64,000 bases of DNA from the human T2T-CHM13v2.0 reference genome, Homo sapiens: assembly GCF_009914755.1 (NCBI RefSeq), contig NC_060938.1. The stretch is one strand, 5' to 3'. Below are positions 1 through 14,414 of the stretch, one piece after another. The notes below the pieces were generated by a model. It was given only the letters and a program-made list of their open reading frames with translations, was not told where the DNA came from and made no database searches. The position numbers and the translations under genes were made by a program. Numbering within the stretch: the stretch's first letter is position 1; each line of letters starts with the position of its first letter.

Positions 1-369
<369 letters not shown>

Positions 370-439
370 CTATAGAATTTTGATTTTGTTGCTGCGGTGA
401 CAATATATCTTGCTTCATGTAATTTTTAAATATATGTAT

Positions 440-1000
<561 letters not shown>

Positions 1001-1014
1001 CAGTTCATATGAAC

Positions 1015-1437
1015 AAGAATTAGGTGTTTTATTTGACAACAGATTTAAAATGATCCAGGTCCTGTAGTTCTGTAAAGGTCAGTGCTAGCCAAGAAATAGC
1101 ATGTTCTGCTCTGAGAACTTAATGTGCCTATGGTACTCTACCATGGTTAGAGAACATGGGGGTTCTTTTTGTCGTCTTCTGACCAACTAGAGTACATTCT
1201 AAAGAGTGACTCTCTAAGGAGAGTACATTTTAAGGAGAGAGGGAGACAGTTTCAGAAAGGAATTCAAGTGATGCCAGGTTGGGAGGACCGTAGCAAGTGA
1301 TTCTGAGGAAAGAAGGCACAGGGAGGACATTGTGGTTGTCCAGTGTGTAGTAGTAGATCAAGGTGTATTGAGCAGATTCTTGCAGAGTTGAGAAGTAGAC
1401 TGCTGTACTGGTTCTCTTTCCATTCTAAGATTCCACG
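1015..1437 (+). mobile_element. L3/CR1-like ancient LINE fragment
   Basis: Ends in 'ttccattctaagattccacg', similar to the CR1/L3 terminus; weak internal similarity. Confidence 0.4.
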
Positions 1438-1669
1438 CTGTTAAAGATTATCTGAAGCCATTCAGCATCAGGTGGGTATAAGAGGACCCTGAGGATGATT
1501 TTCAGCCTATGTCCATTTAGGTTTGGAGGAAGAGTATCCACCCATTCTCCTTGCCCTCAAGTCTCAACTCTCCAAGCAAGAGGAAGCCAGAGAGGCTTGG
1601 GGAGCGCAGGAAAGCTATAAATCCCAATACCCATTATCTCCTGAGGACAGACAGTCTCCGGTGCAGGCA

Positions 1670-2437
<768 letters not shown>

Positions 2438-2965
2438 ATAATTCTCACTTGCCTTACCATATTGATACTTTATTGTGGCTGTGGCTTTGGAATTTAACAT
2501 CATGAGATATAATAAATACATAGTTGAACTTACCGATTGGTTGATTTAAACCTTTGAAGTGTGTAAGAGTGTACTTTTCTTGACTCCCTTATTAAATATT
2601 CCAATAGGATATCGATATATGGAGGGGCATTCCTAGTTTCTAGCAAGACCACGTTGTATTTTGGATTACCTTCTTTTAATAGTACTCCTTAAAAATTGTC
2701 AAGTTATTATAATATTTTCAATAAGAAACACATCTTAGGTCTAAAAAAGGGTAAAATGAGGCTAAGGAAAATTTAAAATAAGTAATTGTGTAAAGAAAGA
2801 TGATATTAATATGCATTTGAAAGTGCAGGAAATCTGTGGTAAGAAATGTTCCAAATTAAATTGGGTGTACACTATGGACAACTAAAGAACAGATTGTGTT
2901 CTGATATGGTGTGGAGCTCATAGTTTGCCAAAGCCGATTTGTAAAGTCTTATTGGACCACACTCA

Positions 2966-3308
<343 letters not shown>

Positions 3309-4851
3309 TAATAGCTTCGTAGTTCAGGTAACACCAGTGGTCTGGTTATCCAGGGCTGATCAGATCCTGGAAAATCTGATATGCTTAAACAGAATTTTTT
3401 GAATATTGATGTCTACTAGAAAGTCACTTGTTAACAAGCAATGAGAGGTAAATTTTCAGGCAGACAAGTATTTGATAGTAGAATAAGCAAATCCTGTTCC
3501 TAGCTGGCTAGATTGCTAGGGCAGCGTTGTTATCTTCAGAAAGCTTCTTGGGATGTATGCGCTATCAAAGCCAGCAAGGGCGGAGGAAGGTGTTGACTTG
3601 CTACCCAAATTTTCTTCTTTATCCCCTGCCAACATATCAGCCTAGATCTCTTCAGAGAGTTGTTCTACTGGGCACTCATCCTTTCTCTCATAGCTTCTGG
3701 CTGATTCTAATCAAAATAGGGTGTGCCTCCCCTATTACCTTAGTTTAAATTTCTCCATTCACCAATTAATTATACAGCATTAATTTCCAAATGTCCATTC
3801 ATTAACTGGAAGCCTCTATTACTATTATTTTGTAGCTAGAAAATGGTTTGTAAAATGGTTTGAAGTTACCAGAATATTATGTCATTCATCTCCTGCTGCA
3901 TTTATGTATTATTCTCTAGACTTGATGAATGATACTCAGATCTTGTTCATAAGAGAGAACTATCTTGCTTGAGAAATGTCTCTGGTGTGACGTCTTCCTC
4001 TGTTCAGACCTTTTCACCTATTCTCCAGCCTCTCCTGCTATAGACATCCGTTGTAATAATGTTCATTTAAAATCAGCAGTGAATAAAATGACCTCATCCA
4101 AAAACAAACTGTTTAACTGTGTATTTGAGTTTAGTGATCTGGAATCATGTTTGAATTAAGTGATGTGGATTCCTATTGCAAAAAACATTGTAGATACTCC
4201 TGAAGTTTGTAGTTGAATAATGTGCCCAAGGTACCATCTAAAGTTAAGATAAACTTAAGGTGACCTGCTACTGACTTCGCCTGATGGATAAGCAGTAAGG
4301 AGAAGGATAGTTAAAATAATTTGTGTGATTCGTTTTAATACTAACTCAAAAGAAGAAGCTATATTAGAGCTTGTTAAAAAAATTATTTTCATCATTTCAA
4401 TTAATGGATAAAAAATTTGGGTGTTGTCATTTTTAATAATGGGGCTGCATTATATAATGTGATGCTATTGAAATAAGAAAGAGAAAATCTATAAAGGCAT
4501 AATTATAGCCAAATGTGCAGTTATTTTGGTCTCTTAGTTTGGAGAGGGCCCTTAGGAAATTTTTCTTAAAAAGAGTTTGTAATGATTCATAATTTCATCA
4601 GATCTACAAAATACACTTCAAATACTTTCAAGAAAGAAGCTTTGATGTAATAACAGAGAAAAATATGCGTAATTTTGGCAAGTGTGAAATTGTCAGCCAC
4701 AGAGCATGTGTTGTTTTGTTTTGTGTTTCACTGGACCGGCAGAGTCCAGTTTCCTTTTTGAGTTGTACATAGGCTCATACTATGACTGTTTATGCTGCTA
4801 ACATAATATGATGAGTGAGGCTTTGGGATTGATGGTTAAAAATGACTCAAA

Positions 4852-5140
4852 GGCTGGGTGTGGTGGCCATGTCTGTAAATCCTAGCGTTTTGGGAGGCTG
4901 AGGCAGGAGGATCATTTGAGGCCAGAAGTGTCAGACCAGCCAGGGCAACATAGCAAGACCCTGTCTCTACAAAAAATAAAAAACAATTAGCTGGGCGCAG
5001 TAGGACTTGCCTGTAGTCCCAGCTACTGGGGGCTGAGGTGCGAGGATCACTTGAGTCCAGGAGTTTGAGGCTGCAGTGAGCTATGATTGCTCTGCTTTGC
5101 TCCAGCCTGGGTGGCAGAGCAAGACCCTGTCTCTTGAAAA
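4852..5140 (+). mobile_element. AluJ
   Basis: J-type arms (ggaggatcacttgag...ggctgcagtgagctatgat); short tail. Confidence 0.9.
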
Positions 5141-5269
5141 CTCAAGAGCTGGTCCTGCTGTAGACCACACTAGGATTCTTTTCACTGAGACTCCTCTTGT
5201 GGGCTTGAAGACCAGGACTGTGTCAGCACCAGTGTTGTTTCCCTTGGCCCAGTATATGGAGGGATTTAT

Positions 5270-5490
5270 ATTTATTAAGTATGAAAACTATGCGCCAAGT
5301 ACTTGCTAGAAACTCTATATATGTTATTTTAGTTAAGGCTTTTTACAACTTCAAGATTAAGGAATTAGTCTACATATTTCAGCCACCGAGTAGTAACTTG
5401 CCCAGGGACAAAGTAAGGGTAAGTCTGAAACTTGGCTTCCCATCCAGGTCTGATGATGGAGCTCATGCCTTTTACACTCCACTGTGATGT
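5270..5490 (-). mobile_element. MIR
   Basis: Core 'agtaacttgcccagggacaaag...ccaggtctga' in reverse orientation. Confidence 0.6.
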
Positions 5491-5614
5491 CCTGTGCTCC
5501 TTAGAGAAGGGAACATAGTAGCTTGGAGAACATTTCTTGTCCTATCTTGCTTAAGGTGTCAGGATCTCCTTCTGTATGCATGGTCCAGATCATTTAAAAA
5601 AAAAAATCCTTCCG

Positions 5615-5745
5615 CCATCTAGCCACTTATCCATTTATGCATGCATCTAGTAAATATTTATTGAGGACTTATTCTGTGCCAGGTGCTGTTCTAGATCCCA
5701 TCAATATGCTGGTTACCAAGCCTTCTCTGCCCTCTTGAAGTTTAT
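5615..5745 (-). mobile_element. L2 3' end
   Basis: 'aaatatttattgaggacttattctgtgccaggtgctgttctag'. Confidence 0.7.
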
Positions 5746-6699
5746 ACCCAATTATCTAAAGACTTTTTATATAGTGAGTGTGGGGAAGAGGGGAGTGTCT
5801 GGGTTGTGAAATCAGTTCACTTGGGTTTCTCAGCCCAGTGCCAGACTTCTAGCAGACCCTCAAAATGTGTTAGTTTCTTTTGCCTCACTTATTTTTACCT
5901 AATTTTTATGCTCCTGGCCAACTATTGTCCCCTGTTTGTTCATTTACCCTTGTACTTTGACTTGTTGACTTGGGTTTGTGTGTTTTTTCTCAGTTCAAGA
6001 TCAGTCCGTTAATCTTTAGAAACGAGCATGTCCTGCAAAGCAGTTTGGTCCAAGTGGTCAGTTATCTGAGGTTGAATATTAAGAAGGTGTTATGGTAAAA
6101 CTGATACAATTTTTTGGTAAAAACTTTTTTTTTGCTCTTAAGCATTAACCCTAATTACGTTGTGTATCTATAATTTTATGTTGTTTTGAGTAGCATTGTT
6201 AGTAGTTTATCATATGTTATATTATGCTACATGTGTCATTTAAAAAGGTTTACTATATTTAAAAATGCCATGTAATGAGTTAATGCTAAAACTCATTAAC
6301 AAGAGCATTAAAATTAGATTCTATTATGAAATTCATTGAGCAAATGCTATTCATTATGGAGAATCTTGAGTTAGTTCCATTTGTGGAATGTTTCTTCTGT
6401 AGAATATCTTATATTTTTTGACAAATTTAAATTATTTACTGACGTTTTTTAAGGTAAACTAAATGGACAAATTTCAAAATGCCCATTTGGAGCTGAGTCT
6501 CTTTCTAGGACCGGCCTCTGTGTGGCTAATGGATGATTCTGACTGTTGAAGATAACTATTAATAACTTCAAAGGTCAGTTGAATGTAATATTGATAGAAA
6601 TACTGTTTCTGAGAATAGTGTATTTATTTTATGATGGTGCAGTTTCTTTCTTTGGACAACAGTATAGCCATCTTCTCCAGTCCTTCAAGCCAAGGATTT

Positions 6700-7200
6700 T
6701 AGTTGACTTTGGTCCCATTTTTCCTCCATCATGACATTTAATTGTTTTCCGTGTGTTGTCAGTTTTATCTCTTAAGTCTCCCTTACATTCATTTCTTTCT
6801 TTATTCCCACTACCCCAGTTCAGATCCCAGTCATGTCTCACCTAAAAAATTGCAGCAATCTTATTAACTAGTATTTCTTTATATATATATAATAGTATCT
6901 TATTACTAGTATTTCTTTATTCAGTATTTTTCCTCTTTCAGGCTGTCTTTCACAATACTATTGAAATTTTTTGGGGGGTGGGTGGGGAATAATGTGTGTG
7001 TGTGTGCACACATACAGGCACATATGTTTTTGATTGTGACAATTTCTAATAAACCTTTTGGTAGCTGCTCACTGCCTGCAGGCTAAGTTAAGCTCCTGAG
7101 CAGGTCATTTAAAAACTTCATGGAATCCTTCCAGCCTTCCAGTGCCAATGCCTCAGTCTCTCTCCTTGCCCTTCTAGTTGCTTCCATCAAATGAACTATT
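6700..7200 (+). mobile_element. L2 fragments
   Basis: 'gtcatgtctcacctaaaaaattgcagcaatc' and 'ctcactgcctgcaggctaagttaagctcct' resemble L2. Confidence 0.45.
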
Positions 7201-7465
7201 TTCTTTGCAGTTTGGTTGTTAGTGGAGTAGTGCTTTGTTAGTATTATTTGCCAAGTATTCAGACTTTCTTTTGTTCAGGCAGCCTTTTAATCATAAAAGC
7301 CACTATTTCATCTTGTTTGTACATCTTATGTAAGTACACAGGCATTTTTAGCATCTTAGGTGGCAGAGTTTGTGTTCTACTTTTAATTGACCTTTATAAG
7401 ATGTGACAAATTCCCACACAGAGTTTCTTTTTTTCTTGAAAGGTTGATGGCCTAACTGGAATTAA

Positions 7466-7697
<232 letters not shown>

Positions 7698-7809
7698 ATA
7701 AATAACCAAAATTTAATTGCATTTCTTTAGATTAATTTTCAAAGGTTATTATGTTCCAGGTATTACTTGAAAGTTCTGAACTATTTTTGTGCATAAAATT
7801 ATGTTTTCA

Positions 7810-7880
7810 CTACAATCATGGCAATATTTTTTGTCAACAGCGGTTCACCTAGTGAATGTTGATACTTTGGGTTTGAGTGA
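7810..7880 (+). ncRNA. SNORD56B: Box C/D snoRNA U56 (SNORD56) paralog with degenerate boxes
   Basis: 71 nt colinear with SNORD56 as I recall it (about 8 substitutions). Box C-like ATCATGG 7815-7821, 18S-complementary guide TATTTTTTGTCA 7825-7836, box D-like TTGA 7873-7876, terminal stem TTTTCAC/GTGAAAA. Confidence 0.85.
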
Positions 7881-8873
7881 AAATGAATTGTAGCATTTTC
7901 TTTTGCATTAATAAATACCGTACTCACTTAAACTACCTGATAGAACTACAAGTCCTCCAAGTTTCATTCAGATTAATGTATTCCCTGTATTTAAAAGTAG
8001 ATAGTTACACATGAGCAGTGACTCCGAGTGACACGCCTTGTGTGGCTGACACTCTTGGGATGCTGAGATTTGATGATCATCTTTGTAATCTCGGAATGAC
8101 TGATAGCACACAAGTTCATGGATGCCAGAAATGATGTAGAAGTAGGCACCTGAGTTCCCTGGCTTTCTGAAGGGTGAGGCCAAAGCTAGATGACAGACAC
8201 CAGATAGATAGTAAGGACAAAGTAGAACTTTGTGGTCTTTTGCTGTCCTTGAAGTGGTACCTATTTACACTTTGTGTCCTTGCTGCTTTTACATATCTTT
8301 CTCTGTGAATTAGGTTGTGAACTTTTCAAAAGGAAGTTCAAGATCATCATGATCTTTGGAGCTCCACAGCTTTTTGCTCAGAACCTTATACCCAATAGAT
8401 GTTTCATAAGTGTTTGAATTAAAGTAAATACATATTCTTAAATAAAGTAATAATTGCACTTTAATTAAAATCTAACCTGTTTGGCTGGTGAGGGTGGAGA
8501 TAGATCTCAGCTTTCATTGAGGAGTGGCAACTAAGTTTAGCACTTATTTTTGAGAATAAGGAAACACACAGCTGAAATGATGTCATTTAGGACTGACCAC
8601 TATGATGCTCATAACATGTTCCTTGATGCATATTCAAGTCCTGTTTCAGCTGTGAACTTCTGCTTTTCAAGTTTTTGTTTTGTCACTAACCAAATGTTTC
8701 TTAAATTCTAGTGAAGGGAAGAGGGAGGCAGTTGATGATGTTTGTATTATCCACCCCATCCGTTTCCTGTAAATGAGAGCAGTTTCCACGTAGTGTCTTT
8801 TGCCTATGTAGTCAAAAGCACCATACAAATGTGGGCTCTGGTTCTTTCAGTGAGAAGAGAGTTAAGAATGCAC

Positions 8874-9182
8874 TTTTGTTGCTGCTGTTGTTTTTGAAAC
8901 AGGGTCTTGCTCTGTTGCCTAGGCTGGAGTGCAGTGGTACTATCGTAGCTCACTATAACCCCAAACCCCTGGGCTTAAGCAATCCTGACATCTTAACCTT
9001 CTGAGTAGCTTGGACCACAGGTGCACACCACCATACCTGGCTAGGTTTTAGAATTTTATTTTGTAGAGATAGGGCCTTGCTATGTTGCCTAGGCTGTTCT
9101 TGAATCCCTGGCCTCAAACCATCCTCTCTTCTCTGCTCCCAAAGTGCTGGGATTACAGGTGCAGGTATAAACCACCACACCT
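8874..9182 (-). mobile_element. AluJ
   Basis: J-type dimer with a degenerate T/GTT tail. Confidence 0.88.
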
Positions 9183-9459
9183 TTTATTATTATTATTATT
9201 TATTTTATTTTTTTTTGAGATGCTTGCCCTGTCACCCAGGCTGGAGTGCAGTGGCGCAGTCTCGACTCACTGCAACCCCACCTCTCGGGTTCAAGCGATT
9301 CTCCTGCCTCAGCCTCCCGAGTAGCTGGTATTACAGGTGTATACCATGACACCTGGCTGATTTTTGTATTTTTAGTAGAGACGGGGTTTTGCCATGTTGG
9401 CTAGCCTAATCTCTAACTCCTGACCCCAAGTGATCCACCCGCCTCGGCCTCACAAAATG
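9183..9459 (-). mobile_element. AluS (Sx-like) with (TTA)n tail, 5' end missing
   Basis: 'gggttcaagcgattctcctgcc' S-type right arm. Confidence 0.88.
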
Positions 9460-9602
9460 TATTTTTTGTATTTTTTTTTTAGAGTTGGGATTTCACCATG
9501 TTGCCCAGGCTGGTCTCAAACTCCTGGGCTCAGTCTGCCTGCCTGCCTTCACCTCCCAAAGTGCTGGGATTACAGGCATCAGCTGAGGTACCAGACCCAG
9601 CC
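9460..9602 (-). mobile_element. Alu left arm (AluJ/FLAM-like)
   Basis: 'gcccaggctggtctcaaactcctgggctca...gtgctgggattacaggc'. Confidence 0.8.
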
Positions 9603-10094
9603 CAAGAACTCACATTTTAAAGGTCTGAGCTTGCCATTAATATATCTTCTTGTCATCTTAATACCAAAAGTGACTTTTCTGGTGTGAAAAGTAGGTGGCA
9701 TACTTTGTAAGGTGCCTTGAGAACCTGTGCTTTTCTCTGGGGGATTAGGACTATCTGTTCTGGAATTGTGCCATTTCAAGAAGTAAACCTACTTATTTTC
9801 ATTTTAAAAATGGATTGAAGGCATCCACATAAACCATCTCGGGACTTAAGGCTATTTTGGCATCATTACATAAAGCATTTTTTATTTTTTTATCCTATCA
9901 TATGGCACTTTTTATGAATTCATGCTTTGCAAAGGAGCAAATTGAATCTTAGGGAATGTTTGGTATTCACGTCAGCAGTGGCTGCCTTGGGTGGTCAAGC
10001 GGCACAGATAAGGCTGGAGGGATGTTGAGATTGTATGTATGTATGTGTTATTGATTCAAATATACTAGGAGGAATGAGTGTTGTGTTAACCTGT

Positions 10095-10155
10095 ATAATA
10101 TATACATATATACATATATATGTTAATATGTATATATGTTAATATATACATATTA
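10095..10155. repeat. Degenerate (TA)n/(TATACA)n microsatellite
   Basis: Direct reading; includes two copies of tatatatgttaatat. Confidence 0.75.
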
Positions 10156-11466
10156 AACATTACTGTTTTTAATTTTAAAATATTTCAAACAAACTGGAAA
10201 GGATAAGGAATAATATAATGCCTTCCAGCTTCATCTGATCTTAATGTTTTGTCGTATTTGCTTCAGGTCTTAAAACATTTTGGAAAAAGTTGAAGCTCTC
10301 CTTTTCTACCCTCCTGATTCTGTGCTTCTGTTGGAGTGCATATCACTTGATGGCTTCTAAGACAAATGCTAAATTCTTGTCAGATTACGCAGTGAGTAGT
10401 AGAGTGGTGGTTTCCTTTAGGGAAATGAAATTTATGTACCTCCCATTTTCAGGTTGCACTTACTGCAGCAGCCTCCACAACGAAGGAGCAGTGCTTCCAA
10501 AGAGGTTTAGTGAGCATGATATGGGGTCATTGAGCAAAATGAGAAGAGTATGTATTTTGAAAAGTAAATTTGATTGCTTATGGGTATTCATCTTCTGATT
10601 TGTTGTTTAGCTTAAGCAACATTTCAGAGCCACTAAGTAGTTTGTTCAGATTACTGTTAATCTGCTCAAATGCCCGAAGAGTCACTAAAACTGATGTTTT
10701 TCCAAGATGATTTTGTGCTGTAGTTTCCAAGGGTGTTCTTCTCAAGTTACACTGACTTGGCTAGTTTTAGTACTTTTCCTTGAACATTGCCTCCAAGTTA
10801 ATGGGATTCTGAATACCTCTTTTTTACTTTCTTTATTCTTTTTTGGATAAATATAAAATAAAAAGGCTGCTTTTTTTTTTTTTAGTGTTACTTAAAAGCT
10901 GTCTGATTTAATTGTATGACGTATTTTTCTTTGTTGTTCGTCTGTTTGTTCAACTCTGCAGTTATATTAAACTTTATCATGTTTTACAATCAGAATTTAG
11001 TTTTGATAGGTTCCAGAAAACAGAAAGAAACATACCTGTCCTGAAATGTAGCTTTTTTGTGTGTACTCTAAAACATTTTTCTTTATATTACTTTCCTCAG
11101 TTAATGTTCCCATTTAACCCAATATTTTTTAGCAAAAGTTATATTTAGTTAAGGCAGATAGGCATAACTAAAAATATAAAATGTTAAATGAATGCTAAGA
11201 AAAAAATTAACTTTTGGTAAGTTATATATCATAATTAAGGAAAAACCAGAAAAACAGAAATAAAAAAATTTACCAGTAATCTTATCACTCATAAATATAA
11301 GATTTTTTATTTGTGTGTTTTTCCAGTTTTTTTCTGAAAAAATATAAAATATGCATTTTAACAGTTTGTTGTTAGTAACATGCATTTTTATGTAGCATTG
11401 TCAACAGTAAACTAATAATTTATAAATTATGCCTAAATTACAATTATTGTAAATAATATAAGGTGG

Positions 11467-11715
11467 AGGCTGCATAATACAATGGTAGAAACTTAGGCTT
11501 TGTATCAAGCGACTTAGGGTGGGATCCCTGCATGTCCCGTTATTAAGTTAGCTGTATGACGTTGGCCAAGTTACTTAACTGTTAGGAGTCTTTTCTCAAA
11601 TAAAAAAAAAATATGGCTAATAATTACCTTGCAAGAGTATTATAGGAATTAGATGAAATAATGAGTCTCATTCATTCATATAGTGCTGGGAACACACTGA
11701 AAATTAACTTATTAT
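11467..11715 (+). mobile_element. MIR
   Basis: Core 'tagctgtatgacgttggccaagttacttaact'. Confidence 0.7.
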
Positions 11716-11729
11716 TGAGAGGCAATATA

Positions 11730-12262
<533 letters not shown>

Positions 12263-12791
12263 ATAAGGGAAATTACTTAATTGGAAGACAATTAGATATT
12301 TGGTATTTAAAATTAATATCAAGGAGGAAGTTTCTAGATGTCCTAGATTTTATTTTTACTATTATAATAGTATTTGTGGTTATTGAGGACTGTGTGAACA
12401 GTTTTATAACTGCCGCTGTCCCCCTCTCCCTCCACATTTGGAATAGGTAGCCATCTTTAAAATAACATGTAAAGATGCACGTTTTTGAGAGACCTTCACA
12501 TGAATAATGAAAAGCTTCTGAATATAATTATATATATTGAAATATGTGCCCCTATTAATGCCACTTATATGTTCATTGTAGATCATCTGTCTCCATTCTT
12601 CTTAAACTGGGTATCTTTCATAGCAGTGCCAAACAGACTTTTCATGTACTTCTCTGCCTCAATATTTTCTTTTTGAGTTTAAGTTTTAGAAGTACCAATT
12701 CATATTCCTTCTTTTTGCTAGCACAGTGTACCTATTAGTTATTTACATATATGTATAATGAGTTTGAAAAATGTTACATAAAAAGAATCTT

Positions 12792-13098
12792 GGCCTGGCG
12801 CGGTGGCTCACGCCTGTAATCCCAGCACTTTGGGAGGCCAAGGCAGGTGGATCATGAGGTCGGGAGTTTAAGACCAACCTGGCTAAGATGTTGAAACCCC
12901 GTCTCTACTAAAAATACAAAAAAATTAGCTGGGCGTGGTGGCAGGCACCTGTAATCCCAGCTACTCAGGAGGCTGAGGCAGGAGAATCGCTTGAACCCAG
13001 GTGGCAGAGGTTGCAGTAAGCCAAGATTGCACCACTGCACTGCAGCCTAGGTGACAGGCTGAGACTCTGTCTCAAAAAAAAAAAAAAAAAAAAAAAAA
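12792..13098 (+). mobile_element. AluS (Sg-like)
   Basis: 'ggatcatgaggtc' (2-nt deletion type), long A tail, TSD aaaagaatctt/aaaaaatctt. Confidence 0.92.
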
Positions 13099-13439
13099 TC
13101 TTAATCATATTGTTTTCACATTCTACTTTTTTAAAATGGCTATCCTTTTTATCAATTTATACTTCAGTGTTAGATCATAGAAGCAGTACCCTTCAAAATT
13201 AAATTCTGAGTAATTTTATTGTGAGGTTATAGTAAATGAGCTTGTGGATGGGTGAGCTCAAGCCAGCTGTGCAGCTTGTCTGAGTTGATGGTCTGGTTTG
13301 TAGTCTGGTTGCCAGTCCCAGTCTTCTGCTAACACTTCAGTATGATCACTGTATTTCCTCCTGTAGGCCACCTGGTGCCTTGCCTCTGAAACTACTATTT
13401 TATATCTATTGTAGGATGAAGCTTACTTTCCCTTGACTG

Positions 13440-13476
13440 CACACACACACACATACCCACCCACCCACCCACCCAC
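13440..13476. repeat. (CA)n followed by (CCCA)5
   Basis: Direct reading. Confidence 0.85.
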
Positions 13477-13746
13477 ATCACAGTGAAGAGACTGTTTTGG
13501 TTTCAGTTAAAGTCAGTAAATTAATACTTAAAATTTATAGTTTCATGACTTTTGCCAGAAAGCTAAAAATTCTGTTTTGAAGGTTGGCACTCAGGGGTGT
13601 AACTATAGTCAACTTTTTGTAAATTTGCATTGGATTGGCTTGCTTAAAAATAACTTTGGTAACCAAAAAGCATTCTTTTAGTATTTTAGGATCAAGATCA
13701 GGTAAAGGCAACTCACTTTTATCTGAAAATTTTAAAAGCATGTCTA

Positions 13747-14009
13747 GGCCAGGTGCCGTGGCTCCTACCTGTAATCCCAGCACTTTGTGGGCAGATCATC
13801 TGAGGTCAGGAGCTCGAGACCAACCTGGCCAACATGGTGAAACCCTGTCTCTACTAAAAATACAAAAATTAGCTGGACTTGATGGCAGGCGCCTGTAATC
13901 CCAGCTACTCAGGAGGCTGAGGTAGGAGAATCGCTTGAACCCAGGAGGTGGAGGTTGCAGTGAGAAGAGATTGCACCACCGCACTGCACTCCAGCCTGGG
14001 CTACAGAGC
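13747..14009 (+). mobile_element. AluS with internal deletion and no A tail
   Basis: S-type dimer lacking about 12 nt after cactttg; stops at ctgggctacagagc. Confidence 0.88.
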
Positions 14010-14169
14010 CCAAGGTTCTAGGGGGAAGAACCATTTTTCCCCTTCAAGTTTATTAAAGGACAAGGTGTTTTCTGATTTCACTTAAGTTATACATTTTTAT
14101 TGTAAGTTTCAGTACTAGGACCAGCCTAACAGTAGGCATGTATTAACTATTAATTTGTTACAGGCCTTG

Positions 14170-14370
14170 AATTACATTTAGCATTGCAAGGCCGTCCATT
14201 TAAATTCTGTTATTTGATCCTAACAATAATTTTGTGAGTTAGGTAGGAAAGAATTTCATTTTACAAAGAACTTAGTAGAATTCCTTGGGCACCATTAAAT
14301 GATGATTCTGGGGTTTGAATTTAGGACGTCTAGCTCCAATTCCATACTTCTTGTGCAGTGTCATGCTGCT
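14170..14370 (-). mobile_element. MIR
   Basis: 'tttgatcctaacaataattttgtgagttagg...ggggtttgaatttagg'. Confidence 0.55.
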
Positions 14371-14414
14371 TTCCCATACCGATCTGCAAATGTTTTGGTT
14401 CTTGGTATTGTAAT

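Noticed and set aside
8070-8105. TGATGA...CTGA as a second C/D snoRNA
   Set aside because: Boxes are only about 30 nt apart, with no convincing terminal stem or recognisable guide.
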